A stretch of DNA of 64,000 bases from a bacterium (GTDB taxonomy: Bacteria > SZUA-182 > DTGQ01), in NCBI GenBank assembly GCA_023512255.1, contig JAILZY010000008.1, forward strand, positions 3,508-67,507, written 5' to 3'. Shown here one piece after another: positions 45,438-56,321 of this stretch. A program made the translations under genes and the position numbers. Position 1 is the stretch's first letter. Every line of letters begins with the position of its first letter. The notes under the pieces are model-generated. The model did no database searches, was not told where the DNA came from, and was given only the letters and a program-made list of their open reading frames with translations.

Positions 45438-46580
45438 CTAATGGGCTCCGCTCGACAGGCGAAAGATCGGGATAATAATTGATAAAACAATGATGCCGAC
45501 CAAAACTCCCATAAAGATGATGATCACTGGCTCAAGGATGCCACAGAATGACTCCATCCCTTTCCGAAACTCCTGACTATAATGCTCTCCGAGGCGAATA
45601 ATAACCTGGTTCAGACTGCCGGTTTCCTCTCCAGTCTGGATCATTTCCTTGACGGCCGCAGGCAGAAATGACTGCTTTCGGAAAGGAGGAGAAAACCCCT
45701 TTCCTTTTTCTACACTTTCGATCAACTCCTGAATGAAGTTGCGGTATAGGGCATTTCGGACCAGGGACCTGGTGATCAAAAGTCCGTCAAGAAGCGGCAC
45801 TCCAGCGCTCATTAGAAATCCCAGGGTTGACAGAAAATGAGAGGTATAGAACTGGATCAGCATCCGGTTAACAATAGGGATATTCATTTGCTGTCGTTCA
45901 AAAAAGGCCACTGCCTTATGATTCTTTCCCAAGGCTCTGATCCCAAAAGCCAAGGCTGCTAGCCCCAGGAAGATGAGATACCAGTAATTTTTCAGCAAAT
46001 GACTCAATCCCATGAGCAGACGGGTACTCCAGGGCAAAAGAGCTTCCTTCCCCTCTAGGAATATGGCCAGTTTGGGAAAAACATAGGCAATGACAAAAAA
46101 GACGACTAAAATGGAGAAGGCCGTCAGAATTATGGGATAGGTCAGGGCCTTTCGGATCGCACTGATATACTCTTCTCGCTGTCGATAGTAGTCGGCTAGC
46201 TGTTTCATCATCTGCTTGAGCAGACCGCCGCTTTCTCCAGCCCTGATCATACTGATAAAGAGAGGGGAGAAGACCTTGGGATATTTCCCCAGCGCCTCAG
46301 AAAAGAGCTGGCCTGATTCGATCTGCTCCAGAACTTTTTCAATGATCTCTTTGAAGTAAGGATTTTGAATCTGAGGAACCATGACCCCGAGAGCACGATT
46401 TAAGGGATTGCCTGTCTCCAGCATGAGCGACATTTGAGAAGTAAACAGCATCAGTTCTTTCCCCTTTACCCGCCTGCTCCAGGAGAGCGAGGAAAACAGG
46501 TCTTTAGGTTTTTGTGAGCTTTTCTCTTTGATTTTCAGCTTTGGTTGACTGATGCTTACCGCCATAGAATCAATCCCCAA
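45438..46580 (-). CDS. pilC: type IV pilus platform protein PilC (GspF family)
   Basis: Two GspF repeats; three TM segments. Confidence 0.85.
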   Translation of the reverse strand: MGIDSMAVSISQPKLKIKEKSSQKPKDLFSSLSWSRRVKGKELMLFTSQMSLMLETGNPLNRALGVMVPQIQNPYFKEIIEKVLEQIESGQLFSEALGKYPKVFSPLFISMIRAGESGGLLKQMMKQLADYYRQREEYISAIRKALTYPIILTAFSILVVFFVIAYVFPKLAIFLEGKEALLPWSTRLLMGLSHLLKNYWYLIFLGLAALAFGIRALGKNHKAVAFFERQQMNIPIVNRMLIQFYTSHFLSTLGFLMSAGVPLLDGLLITRSLVRNALYRNFIQELIESVEKGKGFSPPFRKQSFLPAAVKEMIQTGEETGSLNQVIIRLGEHYSQEFRKGMESFCGILEPVIIIFMGVLVGIIVLSIIIPIFRLSSGAH

Positions 46581-48285
46581 TCAATACTGCCCGGTTGACC
46601 TCTTCAATCGTGCTGATTCCCTCTTTGACTTTCTTTAAGCCTTCATCCTTCAGCGTTCGCTCTCCCTTTTTGACCATCAACTCCCGAAACTGGTTAATTC
46701 CGGCATTCTCAAGGATGAGACGCTGATAATCAGCATCAATTTCAAGGAGCTCGTATATGCCTATCCGTCCCTTATAGCCTGAATCGTAGCAGGCAGGACA
46801 GCCTTCGCCTTTTGCCAATTGTAGATTCTTCTCTTCTTCCCAGCCGAGTGAGGCGAGAATATTCTTGTGGGGATAGTAGAGGGTTCGACATTCAGGACAG
46901 ACCTTGCGAATCAACCTTTGGGCTAAAACCGCAGTCAGGGATGAGGAGATAAGACAGGATTCAATACCCATATTTAACAGCCTGGTAATGGCTCCTGGGC
47001 TATCATTGGTGTGGAGAGTTGACAAGACCAGATGTCCGGTTAGCGAGGCCTGGATGGCGATTTCAGCCGTCTCCCGATCTCTGATTTCCCCAACCATGAT
47101 GATGTCTGGATCCTGCCGCAGGGTGTGCTTCAGGATGCGGGCAAAGGTTAGGTTAATGGCCTCATTGGTCTGGTTTTGGTTGATAATCTCCATATGATAT
47201 TCAACCGGATCTTCAATGGTAACGATATTTTTTTCCATGGTGTTGAGAAAGTTAAGCGCAGAATACAAGGTGGTGGTCTTGCCACTGCCTGTTGGTCCGG
47301 TAACCAGGATCAGGCCAAAGGTGTTTTTGAGTATTTTTTTGAATCGTCTGAGCTGATCGGGATCAAAACCAAGTTGATTGATATCCAGAATAGCTCTCTT
47401 GCGATCCAGAATTCGCAGGACCACCTTCTCCCCCAAAATACCCGGAAGTGAGGAGAAGCGAAGGTCGATCATCCTGCCTTCGGCCTTGATCTGAATACGG
47501 CCATCTTGCGGCTGTCTGCGTTCGGCAATATCCAGATTGGCCATGATCTTCAGCCGGGAGATGACGGCTGGAAAAAGATCAGCCCGTGGAGTCATTACCT
47601 GATATAGTACGCCGTCGATCCGGTAGCGTACCCGAAACTTGTTTCGGTCCGGCTCAAGGTGAATATCACTGGCTCCATCCTGAACTGCCTTGAGGATGAT
47701 CATGTTAACCAGGTTGATGATCGGGCTGTCCTCGGCCTGAGCCGAGATGCTCTGATAATCCTTGTCCAGGGGGTTTTCCACAAGCTGTAGGTCAGCCTCT
47801 TCAAGATCAGCCAGAAAGTCATCCACCTGAACATGCTCCCGCTCCTGATAATACTCATCGATCGCGGCCAGAATATCATCAGCTCGGCAAACTACCGGAT
47901 TGATTTGACAGCCGGTCATCTTGGCTAGGGTGTCAAAAACGAAAATGGCCTGCGGATCAGCCGTAGCCACAGTGAGTGTGTTTTTGACCTTGAACATAGG
48001 GATAACCTGGTAAAGTCTGGCCTTATCCTGCGGGATGATATTAACAATCTTGGTATCAATGAGCCCCTTGCGCAGCCAGACATGGGGTATGCCAAGCTGC
48101 TCGCTGAGGATCGTATCCAGTGCTTCTTCGGAAATGAGCTTCTTTTCAAGGAGTATCCGGCCAAGCCTCTTGCCGGTCTCTTTTTGGATCCTCAAGGCAT
48201 CATCCAGTTGATCTTTACTGATTAATCCGGCTTCAACCAGACATTCTCCAAGCTTTTTTCTTCGCAGCCCATTGATTGCCCTCAT
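46570..48285 (-). CDS. pilB: type IV pilus assembly ATPase PilB (GspE family)
   Basis: T2SSE N-terminal domain, Walker A GPTGSGKTTT, Asp/His boxes, tetracysteine motif. Confidence 0.9.
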   Translation of the reverse strand: MRAINGLRRKKLGECLVEAGLISKDQLDDALRIQKETGKRLGRILLEKKLISEEALDTILSEQLGIPHVWLRKGLIDTKIVNIIPQDKARLYQVIPMFKVKNTLTVATADPQAIFVFDTLAKMTGCQINPVVCRADDILAAIDEYYQEREHVQVDDFLADLEEADLQLVENPLDKDYQSISAQAEDSPIINLVNMIILKAVQDGASDIHLEPDRNKFRVRYRIDGVLYQVMTPRADLFPAVISRLKIMANLDIAERRQPQDGRIQIKAEGRMIDLRFSSLPGILGEKVVLRILDRKRAILDINQLGFDPDQLRRFKKILKNTFGLILVTGPTGSGKTTTLYSALNFLNTMEKNIVTIEDPVEYHMEIINQNQTNEAINLTFARILKHTLRQDPDIIMVGEIRDRETAEIAIQASLTGHLVLSTLHTNDSPGAITRLLNMGIESCLISSSLTAVLAQRLIRKVCPECRTLYYPHKNILASLGWEEEKNLQLAKGEGCPACYDSGYKGRIGIYELLEIDADYQRLILENAGINQFRELMVKKGERTLKDEGLKKVKEGISTIEEVNRAVLIGD

Positions 48286-48617
48286 AGGAAACTCCGGTAC
48301 GCCTTTTCCTGATCAGAGAAGATTTCAAAGGTATTACTCATCCTGGTAGCCAAAAGGATATCCATGACCAGTGGGCTAGCCTGAGCCAGTTTTAAGCTGC
48401 CGTTTACCTTGCGAAACTTCATGAGAGCATCCCATAAGAGCTCAAGCCCAGCACTATCAATAAGAGGAACCTCTTTTAAATCAATGAGTACCCGGATATC
48501 ACCGCTATTGAGGCACCGCTCCAGCCTCTCTCTCAGGAGGCCGGTGTGCTCCTCGACCAGAGGCCCGACTAGAGAGAGAATGGAAATCAGGCCCAACTTG
48601 GTTTCTTTAATTTTCAT
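48282..48617 (-). CDS. STAS-domain anti-sigma-factor antagonist
   Basis: 111 aa STAS fold with LIDSAGLELL. Confidence 0.65.
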   Translation of the reverse strand: MKIKETKLGLISILSLVGPLVEEHTGLLRERLERCLNSGDIRVLIDLKEVPLIDSAGLELLWDALMKFRKVNGSLKLAQASPLVMDILLATRMSNTFEIFSDQEKAYRSFL

Positions 48618-50233
48618 CCTACTCCCCCTCCTTCTGGTTGTCGCTCCAGTTTCAGCAACTCTTCCTTATGGGATTCGGCCACCTCCAAAAATACCCGGAC
48701 AATATCTGGATCGAGTTGTGTTCCTGCGACTCTTTTGATTTCAGCCACAGCTTCTTGATGAGAGCGGCCCTGCCGGTAGGCCCGATCACTGGTGATAGCA
48801 TCATAGGTATCACCAACAGCAATGATGCGGGCACTCAAAGGGATATCCTTCCCTTTTAGCCCCTGGGGGTAGCCGTGCCCATCATACCGCTCCTGGTGGA
48901 AGCGCACACCGTCCAAAGATGACTGAAATCCCTGAATAGGCTTGAGGATAACGTAGCCTCGTTCGGGATGTTTCTTAATCTCGGCATATTCTTCATCGGT
49001 CAGCTTGCCCGGTTTGGTCAGAATTTTTTCTGGAATGCCGATCTTGCCGATGTCGTGAAGAATAGAGGCCCAGTTGAGACTTTCTTTGACCGCGGGGGGC
49101 AGATTCATATGCTCGGCGATAAGCATCGAGATATGGTTGACCCGCTCGGAGTGCCCACGGGTGTACATATCCTTGGCCTCTATAGCCGAGACAAGACACT
49201 TGACTACGTTCACCAGAAACGTCTTCAGATTATGATAAAGCTCGGTATTGCTAAGCAGGATGGAAATAACTTCAGCCATGGATTGAAGAAGCCGCACGTC
49301 GCTGGCCGTAAACTTCTTCCCTCGCGGCTCATCATGCAGGAAGAAAGCCCCAAGGACTCCCTGGCGAAGGCTGTTCATATTTACCGGAACGGCTATTAGA
49401 CTCACCGCGGCAGGATAGGGGAAATGGGCCTTTAAGAGCCAGCAGCTGTTAATCTGGTCGCAGATAATAAAATCATCATTGGCCAGACTGCTCAGAAGAT
49501 CATTTCCTAAGCGCTCAAGGTGGCTTCTGGCGCCGCCATTATTTTCCCAGCTTTCAAAACATCCACTCATAGTCAAGATGTTTTTGCCGGGAAGGCTGAT
49601 AAAACTATGATCAACCTCAAGGGTATCGCTAATTTTATCAATAATTAACTGGATGCTCTCATCTGATTCCTGAACCCCCCTAAGCCACTGTCCCACATCA
49701 TAAAATAGGTTCAGCTCCTCATATCGGCTGGCCAGCTCTTCCGAAAGGCTCATGATCTCAAGCTGAGTGAGGCATTCTTTGGCGATCATGTCTGCCAGAT
49801 GCTGATAAATCTTCAAATCCAGATCCTTAGCTTGCTTATACTTGGCCAGCTTTAGGCTGTCTCCTCCTGCTCGTGAGCCTGCGCCCGCATCTTGCCGACG
49901 GCAGCCAAGCAGAACCCCTATCAAGGAGTCATCTTTCAGAATCGGCACTGCGGTCAGATGGTGGCTTTGATCAAGACTGATTTGCTGTATCCTCCCCTGG
50001 CTTAGTTCCCTCTGGAGAAGATCGCGATATTCTTGATCGCTAAGCATAGGGATCTGCGACTTAGGGCAGGATAAGACAACCTCTCCTTTAGAGTTTCGTA
50101 ACTCAAGATCTTGGTTTAAGAATTTTTGTCCGCGTTTTAGCAGGCTAAATAGGGGCGCAAAATCGAGTCGAGAAAATATTTCTTCGGATAATCGGAGCCT
50201 TTCCATAATGTGCTCAGCCGCAATATTGGTCAA
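48614..50233 (-). CDS. GAF-domain HD-GYP phosphodiesterase
   Basis: HD...HDIGKIGIPEKIL...G.L.DEEYAEIKKHP...GY signature. Confidence 0.8.
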   Translation of the reverse strand: MTNIAAEHIMERLRLSEEIFSRLDFAPLFSLLKRGQKFLNQDLELRNSKGEVVLSCPKSQIPMLSDQEYRDLLQRELSQGRIQQISLDQSHHLTAVPILKDDSLIGVLLGCRRQDAGAGSRAGGDSLKLAKYKQAKDLDLKIYQHLADMIAKECLTQLEIMSLSEELASRYEELNLFYDVGQWLRGVQESDESIQLIIDKISDTLEVDHSFISLPGKNILTMSGCFESWENNGGARSHLERLGNDLLSSLANDDFIICDQINSCWLLKAHFPYPAAVSLIAVPVNMNSLRQGVLGAFFLHDEPRGKKFTASDVRLLQSMAEVISILLSNTELYHNLKTFLVNVVKCLVSAIEAKDMYTRGHSERVNHISMLIAEHMNLPPAVKESLNWASILHDIGKIGIPEKILTKPGKLTDEEYAEIKKHPERGYVILKPIQGFQSSLDGVRFHQERYDGHGYPQGLKGKDIPLSARIIAVGDTYDAITSDRAYRQGRSHQEAVAEIKRVAGTQLDPDIVRVFLEVAESHKEELLKLERQPEGGGVG

Positions 50234-50588
50234 TGATTTTCAGCAGTTCCTTAGGGCTAAATGGTTTTTCGAGAAATACGGTCTTATCCAGCGATTGAGC
50301 CCAATCACGGTCAGCCTTGTCAACGCTTGAGGTAATGACAATAGTCAGAAACCCTTGCTCTTGTTTGAAGGGAATGGCTCGCAGGCAAAGCTCCTTGCCG
50401 CCCAATTTAGGCATATTGACATCGCTGATTACAACATCGGGTCTCATGGCCTCGATCTTCTGGAGAGCCTCAAGGCCATTAGAGGCAGTAATCACCTCAT
50501 AGCCTGCATTAGCAAGCTTCAGTTTTACTACCCGAATGACATAAGGCTCATCATCAACAATCAGCACTTTTTTCTTTTCCGCTCCCAT
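50214..50588 (-). CDS. response regulator receiver protein
   Basis: VLIVDDEPYV...DVVISDVNMPKLGG. Confidence 0.75.
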   Translation of the reverse strand: MGAEKKKVLIVDDEPYVIRVVKLKLANAGYEVITASNGLEALQKIEAMRPDVVISDVNMPKLGGKELCLRAIPFKQEQGFLTIVITSSVDKADRDWAQSLDKTVFLEKPFSPKELLKIIDQYCG

Positions 50589-50610
50589 CTCAAGCTCCTC
50601 TCTTCCCCTT

Positions 50611-52518
50611 TCAAATATAAACCTCTTCCTTGGGCAGGATGATGGTAAAAGAGCTGCCGCTTCCCCATTTACTCTCCACCTTGATGTCGCCTTTATGTAA
50701 TTGCACTATATTCATAGCCAAAGATAGGCCTAAGCCATTTCCCTGCTCTTTCTTGATTTCTTCTTTGCTTGACCGGAAGAACTTATCAAAGATATGGTTG
50801 AGCTCATCTTCAGGAATTCCGTAGCCTGAATCAGTAACCCTAATCAGAACGCTCTCCTCCTCAACGATTCCCTGCAAGGTAACTTTGCCCATGGCCGGAG
50901 TATACTTGATAGCATTGGTCAGGAGGTTTAAGATAGCTACCTCGATTAGGTCCTTATCCAAGAGCAGATTAGGCATTTTATCAGCCAGATCCATCGTAAA
51001 GTCGATCCCTTTATTCAAGGCTTGAGCCCGCACGGTCTGATAGCAATCCCGTAGCAGTTTATCCACCTTGATAAGCGTTCGGTTGATCTTCAGGCATCCC
51101 ATCTCGATCTTTGATATGTTGAGCAGGTTATTGATCAGCCGCGACAGACGGATAGCCTCCTCGTTGATACTATTGAAAAATTCCCGTTTGGTTTGCTCAT
51201 CATTTACCTCCCCCTCAAGGAGCATCTCACTATAAGATACCAAGGTATTGAGCGGAGTCTTGAGCTCATGGGCCACATGATTTACAAATTCATACTTTGA
51301 CAGCTCTGACTGCTTTTGCGAGGTGATATCGCTGATCATCCAGAGAAAGCCTAGCGGGCTATCCTCTCCATTTAGCAGATATGAGCAGGTGTGGTGAAAT
51401 ATGGCCAGATTGCTCCCTTCGTTTTTTTGGATTTCCACAGAATCATGGCCATAGATATTCCCCTTATCATAAAACCTGGTAAAAACCGGAACCAGGTCTG
51501 GCTCATGGTCATGGAGAAAATCTTTCCAGGGCTTGCCTAGGTAATCCTGGAGCTCCTCCCTCAAGAAGTGGCCAGCAAGCTTGTTAGCCAAAATGGTTCT
51601 GCCGGTAGTATCAATGACAATAATCCCTATATTCAGGTTATCGAGAATAGCCCTCAGCCTGATCTTTTCATAGAGCAGGACCTTGTTTGATATTTCTAGC
51701 TCAGCATTAATCTCCTCCTGCCTGCGGCTTCTCATGTTTTGGGTTGAGAGCACATGATTAAGCTGCTGGGCTATTTGCCCGATCTCGCCACGGAAAGAAA
51801 TCTCTATTTTCGGAAATTCCTCCTCTCCCGTGATTATCCGCTTCAGTTGGCAGTTTATTTGGTGCAGTGGAGAAAAAAGCCTCTTTAGCAGATAATAGAA
51901 GAGAAATACCAGCCCGAAAATCGAAAGAGCAATCCCGCCAAAAAGAAAGCCTATCTCCTGGTTAAAGTGTATATAATCAGATAAGGCCAGCCCGATTTTG
52001 ACCAGGCCAGCTCTCTTCCCCTCACGGTAAATCGGCTTTGAGAATTCGTAGATAACCTCGCCGTTTTGGTTTTCAAGGCGCTTTTGAGTCAGCAGGTGTT
52101 CAGCCTGCTGATTATTCTCTGCCTTGAATTTGCAGCCCTCTTCGGGCATCTGTCTGCCGAGACGAACAAGAGTCTCCCCTTCGGCATCTTCAGCCAGACA
52201 GTAAACTATTCCCTTCTCCCTGACCACATAGTCGAGCAGATTAAGGTTGCGCTTTTGGGTCTCCATTTGAAACTCATGTTGAATGAGATCAGCGATCAGG
52301 CTGCACAGGCTAAAGCCATCTTTGACCAAGCGCCTCTCTCCAGCTCTTTTTTCATAGGAATAGAATGAAAACAGGATCAGCAAGATCGCAATGGCCGCAA
52401 TACCAATGATCAGTAAGCCTAGCCGATTGAAGATATTCGAACTATCCCAAGTTTTCTTTTCCTCATCCTGAAACTTGCCGGAAATCTCCTGCTGTTGTTT
52501 TCTTTTTTGGATAATCAT
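50611..52518 (-). CDS. sensor histidine kinase (TM, HAMP, PAS, HisKA, HATPase_c)
   Basis: H-box VAHELKTPLNTL; GYGIP and GNGLGL ATPase boxes. Confidence 0.85.
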   Translation of the reverse strand: MIIQKRKQQQEISGKFQDEEKKTWDSSNIFNRLGLLIIGIAAIAILLILFSFYSYEKRAGERRLVKDGFSLCSLIADLIQHEFQMETQKRNLNLLDYVVREKGIVYCLAEDAEGETLVRLGRQMPEEGCKFKAENNQQAEHLLTQKRLENQNGEVIYEFSKPIYREGKRAGLVKIGLALSDYIHFNQEIGFLFGGIALSIFGLVFLFYYLLKRLFSPLHQINCQLKRIITGEEEFPKIEISFRGEIGQIAQQLNHVLSTQNMRSRRQEEINAELEISNKVLLYEKIRLRAILDNLNIGIIVIDTTGRTILANKLAGHFLREELQDYLGKPWKDFLHDHEPDLVPVFTRFYDKGNIYGHDSVEIQKNEGSNLAIFHHTCSYLLNGEDSPLGFLWMISDITSQKQSELSKYEFVNHVAHELKTPLNTLVSYSEMLLEGEVNDEQTKREFFNSINEEAIRLSRLINNLLNISKIEMGCLKINRTLIKVDKLLRDCYQTVRAQALNKGIDFTMDLADKMPNLLLDKDLIEVAILNLLTNAIKYTPAMGKVTLQGIVEEESVLIRVTDSGYGIPEDELNHIFDKFFRSSKEEIKKEQGNGLGLSLAMNIVQLHKGDIKVESKWGSGSSFTIILPKEEVYI

Positions 52519-52784
52519 TATAATTTACTATTAAATTTCCTATATAAATATAATAAATAAATAAAAATAAGCGGGGATAATTTATGCCCTGTGAGCCTGA
52601 AAAGTACAGGCTTACCAAAATTCCCTACTTGGTGGTATTTATTTAGCTATCATGTATTATTTAGCTATCATATTGTAATTAATAACTATTGATGCTGATC
52701 AGTAAGTAGAGCTGCCTTTTGTTTTTTTATCGGTGAAATAAATCCTGTCTATCGGGAAGGTCAGGGCTTGAACAGCAGAGGTCT

Positions 52785-53549
52785 CTACCTGATCATTATT
52801 CCCCTGATCCAGGCAGAGTAGGCTAGAGTGAAGAGGGCGCAGTTACCTAAGATATGGATGATGATCGGGGTCAGGAGATTCTCAGAGGATTCAAAGGCTA
52901 GGGTAAAGATTAGGCCGCCGATAAACTGAGTAGCTGGAATACCCCGGACATTGTGGAGCAGAGCAAACAGCAGAGAGACTCCCAAGATAGCCCACAGAGG
53001 AGAGAGCTTTCGGCGAAGAGAGTTATACAGACAGCCAACAAAGAAGGAATCCTCAACCATCGGAGCAAAGGTCCCCCCGACCAAAAGGAGCAGCCAAAAG
53101 GAGAAGGGATAAGGAGAGAAAATTAGGAGTTGGCCGAAATTGACCCGAAAGGCAAAGAAGGCGACAGCCCAGATGAGCATAACCGTCAGGCCAAAGACAA
53201 AGCTCCAGGTGAGCCCTGTGCGTATTCCACGCCGCCACTCTTTCGGTCTGATCCCAATGGCTGATATCCCGTATCCGGACCGAAAGGCAAAGAGCAGAAT
53301 GAGACCAAGGTCAATGAGCCTAAGTAGAGCCGTGAGCCAGAGTTCCTCATCCCAGAGTGCCTTACCATTGGCTGCCACCAGCAGAAGGCGAGAGAAGAGG
53401 CGGCTGCCCCCGATTTCGACCAAAACGATCAGAACAAGGAGGCACAAAGCAGAAGGGATAGACAGGGCTGGCCGCAGGCAGCCAGCTTTGCTTGAGCAGC
53501 CCGGCTCTTGGCAAAGCGGCTCTTGATCTGCCTTTTGGCTGATCATCAT
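52785..53549 (-). CDS. CPBP-family (CAAX) intramembrane metalloprotease
   Basis: Polytopic; EE..WR/FR and FALLHN motifs. Confidence 0.6.
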   Translation of the reverse strand: MMISQKADQEPLCQEPGCSSKAGCLRPALSIPSALCLLVLIVLVEIGGSRLFSRLLLVAANGKALWDEELWLTALLRLIDLGLILLFAFRSGYGISAIGIRPKEWRRGIRTGLTWSFVFGLTVMLIWAVAFFAFRVNFGQLLIFSPYPFSFWLLLLVGGTFAPMVEDSFFVGCLYNSLRRKLSPLWAILGVSLLFALLHNVRGIPATQFIGGLIFTLAFESSENLLTPIIIHILGNCALFTLAYSAWIRGIMIR

Positions 53550-55177
53550 TGCTGCCAGCCTTTTTCTTTGAGCGCACAGTAAACCTTCATCTTTAGATAC
53601 CAGGGCCGGTCAGTGCGCAGGATATCGAGCAGAAGATCTTTGGCTCGCTGGCCAGGATACTTACTAACAGACTCAGCAGCCGTGTAGACGACATTGATGT
53701 TTGAATCCTCAAGGAGTGAAAGCAGGAGGGAAAAAGCCCACTCTTCTTCTGAGCTTGCCAGTTTGTCAAGTAGTTTGGCCGCCAATCTCCGCACTACCGG
53801 ATTCTTGTCTCTGGCCAGGTTAGCGATATCCTCCTGGTGAGCACGGCAGCTTTGGGCATCGAGTGTGTCATTGAGCCGCTTGAGAGCGCCGATCCTATCA
53901 CCCGACTCTCGTGCTCTAGCTATTTGCCACAATCCAAAACGGGACTCAGGGAGCCTAGATTTTACCTTAAAGCGGGCATTGATCGCCAGGAACAGCGTCA
54001 GGATGATCCCCAGGGCAAGGACAGTTTCTTTCAGCCTCCCTAACTTGATCTCGGCCAGTAAAAGCGCTTGCCTGATTAACCATATACAGCCGACAAACAG
54101 GAAAAAAGCAGCGGCCAGAGGGAGAATGAAAAATAGGCCTATCCCGCACCCTGTTCGCAGCAGCAGATAGGTATCTGCAGCTAGGCTATACTTTTCGAGA
54201 TGTTTTGATGGCTCTTTTATAAATTCCTGCCAAGAGATACGGTAGATGGGATTGGCCTGGCGCATCCAGCTATTTTTCACGGGCTGCTCTTTGCTCCAGT
54301 AAAACAGAATTTCATCCTGGGCCTGGCTGTAGCTAAGTGCGGCCTGCAAACGGCCATTTAATTCACTTGGGACCGCAAACCAGTCCTGCGCTCTCAAGGC
54401 TGACTGTATGGCCAAGAGCCGCTCCCTGGGGAATCGTTCATGATCTATCGCTATAGCATTCTGGAGTCGGTAGCAGAGTGGTTGAACCAGGCGAGCCGGA
54501 TAAAGGGTATAGCGATAGTAGAAGTCATCAATTTGGCGCCCTACCCTGCTTGGTAGCAGAATTCGGTCTCGGATGTCAATAAAATCAAGTTGCCGAAAGG
54601 TTACCCAAAGGAGTATGGAAAAGATCACAAAGAGAAATCCATATCTGCCAACATCGGATAGCCTAATCCTAGCCTTGGCCAGCAGAGGAAAAGAGAGCGC
54701 GTAGATAGTCAGGGGAAAGAGGAGAAGAAAAATGAGGACCTTATTGTCCGTGCCTCTTCCCTGCCAGATCAAGATGGCAGACATAATAACGATAGGAAGG
54801 AGCCGTAGGTAGTGGTGCCATCTTTTTCGGTATAGAGAGAAAATCCACAGGATGAGCCCCCAGAAGAATCCGCAGCCAAGCCCGATTGACAGGGCAAAGA
54901 AAATACCACCAGCCAGATAGGTGGATTTGGCTGTCATCTCCTGATACAGAAAGCGGCCTGGGATAGCTAAATACCCAAGACGGGCGATCGACTCTTGCTC
55001 GGTCATGAGCTGATGATTGCTGGCCGCAACTAGCACTGTCCCCAGGAGCTGCCCTCCTAGGATGCCAAGCAGGGTAGAGAGAAGGAGAAAAAGAACTACT
55101 CTGGCCGCACTCTTGGGATTTTCTTTTTCTTCCCTGCACTCAGCCTTAGTTATTTCATTGCACTTAGCCTCGTCCAT
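53546..55177 (-). CDS. polytopic membrane protein with C-terminal HEAT repeats
   Basis: 10 or more TM helices followed by HEAT-like repeats (DKNPVVRRLAAKLL). Confidence 0.45.
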   Translation of the reverse strand: MDEAKCNEITKAECREEKENPKSAARVVLFLLLSTLLGILGGQLLGTVLVAASNHQLMTEQESIARLGYLAIPGRFLYQEMTAKSTYLAGGIFFALSIGLGCGFFWGLILWIFSLYRKRWHHYLRLLPIVIMSAILIWQGRGTDNKVLIFLLLFPLTIYALSFPLLAKARIRLSDVGRYGFLFVIFSILLWVTFRQLDFIDIRDRILLPSRVGRQIDDFYYRYTLYPARLVQPLCYRLQNAIAIDHERFPRERLLAIQSALRAQDWFAVPSELNGRLQAALSYSQAQDEILFYWSKEQPVKNSWMRQANPIYRISWQEFIKEPSKHLEKYSLAADTYLLLRTGCGIGLFFILPLAAAFFLFVGCIWLIRQALLLAEIKLGRLKETVLALGIILTLFLAINARFKVKSRLPESRFGLWQIARARESGDRIGALKRLNDTLDAQSCRAHQEDIANLARDKNPVVRRLAAKLLDKLASSEEEWAFSLLLSLLEDSNINVVYTAAESVSKYPGQRAKDLLLDILRTDRPWYLKMKVYCALKEKGWQQ

Positions 55178-55275
55178 AGAGAACCTTACCTTGTTGTTGG
55201 GAGACCCTTGCTGACTAAAGATGCCAGCCCAGAGATGCCCCCTACTTCATTTTTTTGTTCATATTTCTTCGCTTA

Positions 55276-56298
55276 TCACAGCCCATCCTTCCTCTTTAGG
55301 CCGAAATGCTCATAGGCCAAGACTGTAGCCACTCGACCTCGGGGAGTTTTCTGCAGATACCCCTCCTGGAGAAGGTATGGCTCATAGACATCCTCAATAG
55401 TGTCCTTTTCCTCATTGATTACCGCTGACAGGGTTTCAAGACCAACCGGTCCGCCGTCAAATTTTTCAATGATCGAAAGCAGGAGCAGTCGGTCCATTTT
55501 ATCAAACCCAGCCTTATCTATTTCGAGCATCTCAAGGGCCTGATCAGCAATTTCCCGACTGATCCGGCCATCGGCCTTGACCTGGGCAAAGTCTCGGACC
55601 CGCTTGAGGATCCGATTGGCAATTCGTGGGGTGCCCCGGGATCGTCTGGCGATTTCCATCGCTCCATCAGGATCGATCTGAATGTTTAAAATTCTTGCTG
55701 ACCGCAGGACAATAGCCTGTAGCTCTGCCGGAGAGTAAAACTCAAGGCGGCTGATAACTCCAAAGCGATCTCGCAAGGGGGAGGTAAGCAGTCCAGCTCG
55801 GGTAGTGGCCGCCACCAAGGTAAATCGGGGAAGGTCAATCTTGATTGATCGGGCGCTCGGTCCCTGGCCAATGATAATGTCCAGTTTGAAATCTTCCATA
55901 GCTGGATAGAGAATCTCTTCCACTGCGGCCGGAAGCCGGTGAATCTCATCAATGAACAGGACATCAAGATCTTTGAGATTGGTCAAAATCGCGGCTAGAT
56001 CTCCGGGCCGCTCGATCACTGGCCCAGATGTTGTCCGCAGGTTAGTGCCCATTTCGCGGGAGATGATGTAGGCAAGTGAGGTCTTGCCCATGCCGGGTGG
56101 CCCGTAGAAAAGACAATGGTCGAGGGCTTCAGAGCGCCTTTTGGCTGCCTGAATAAAGACCTGAAGGTTTCCCTTGACCCGCTCCTGCCCTAGATATTCC
56201 TGAAAGTTTTGAGGCCGAAGGCTGAGATCAAGAGATAGGTCCTCGCCGCGCAGCTCCGCGCTGATGATTCGTTTTTCAATCTCTTTGGTGTTTATCAT
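55276..56298 (-). CDS. ruvB: Holliday junction branch-migration ATPase RuvB
   Basis: LRPQ.F.EYLGQE; Walker [12 protein letters not shown]. Confidence 0.95.
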   Translation of the reverse strand: MINTKEIEKRIISAELRGEDLSLDLSLRPQNFQEYLGQERVKGNLQVFIQAAKRRSEALDHCLFYGPPGMGKTSLAYIISREMGTNLRTTSGPVIERPGDLAAILTNLKDLDVLFIDEIHRLPAAVEEILYPAMEDFKLDIIIGQGPSARSIKIDLPRFTLVAATTRAGLLTSPLRDRFGVISRLEFYSPAELQAIVLRSARILNIQIDPDGAMEIARRSRGTPRIANRILKRVRDFAQVKADGRISREIADQALEMLEIDKAGFDKMDRLLLLSIIEKFDGGPVGLETLSAVINEEKDTIEDVYEPYLLQEGYLQKTPRGRVATVLAYEHFGLKRKDGL

Positions 56299-56321
56299 AA
56301 AAATTTATCCCATTTGGAGTA

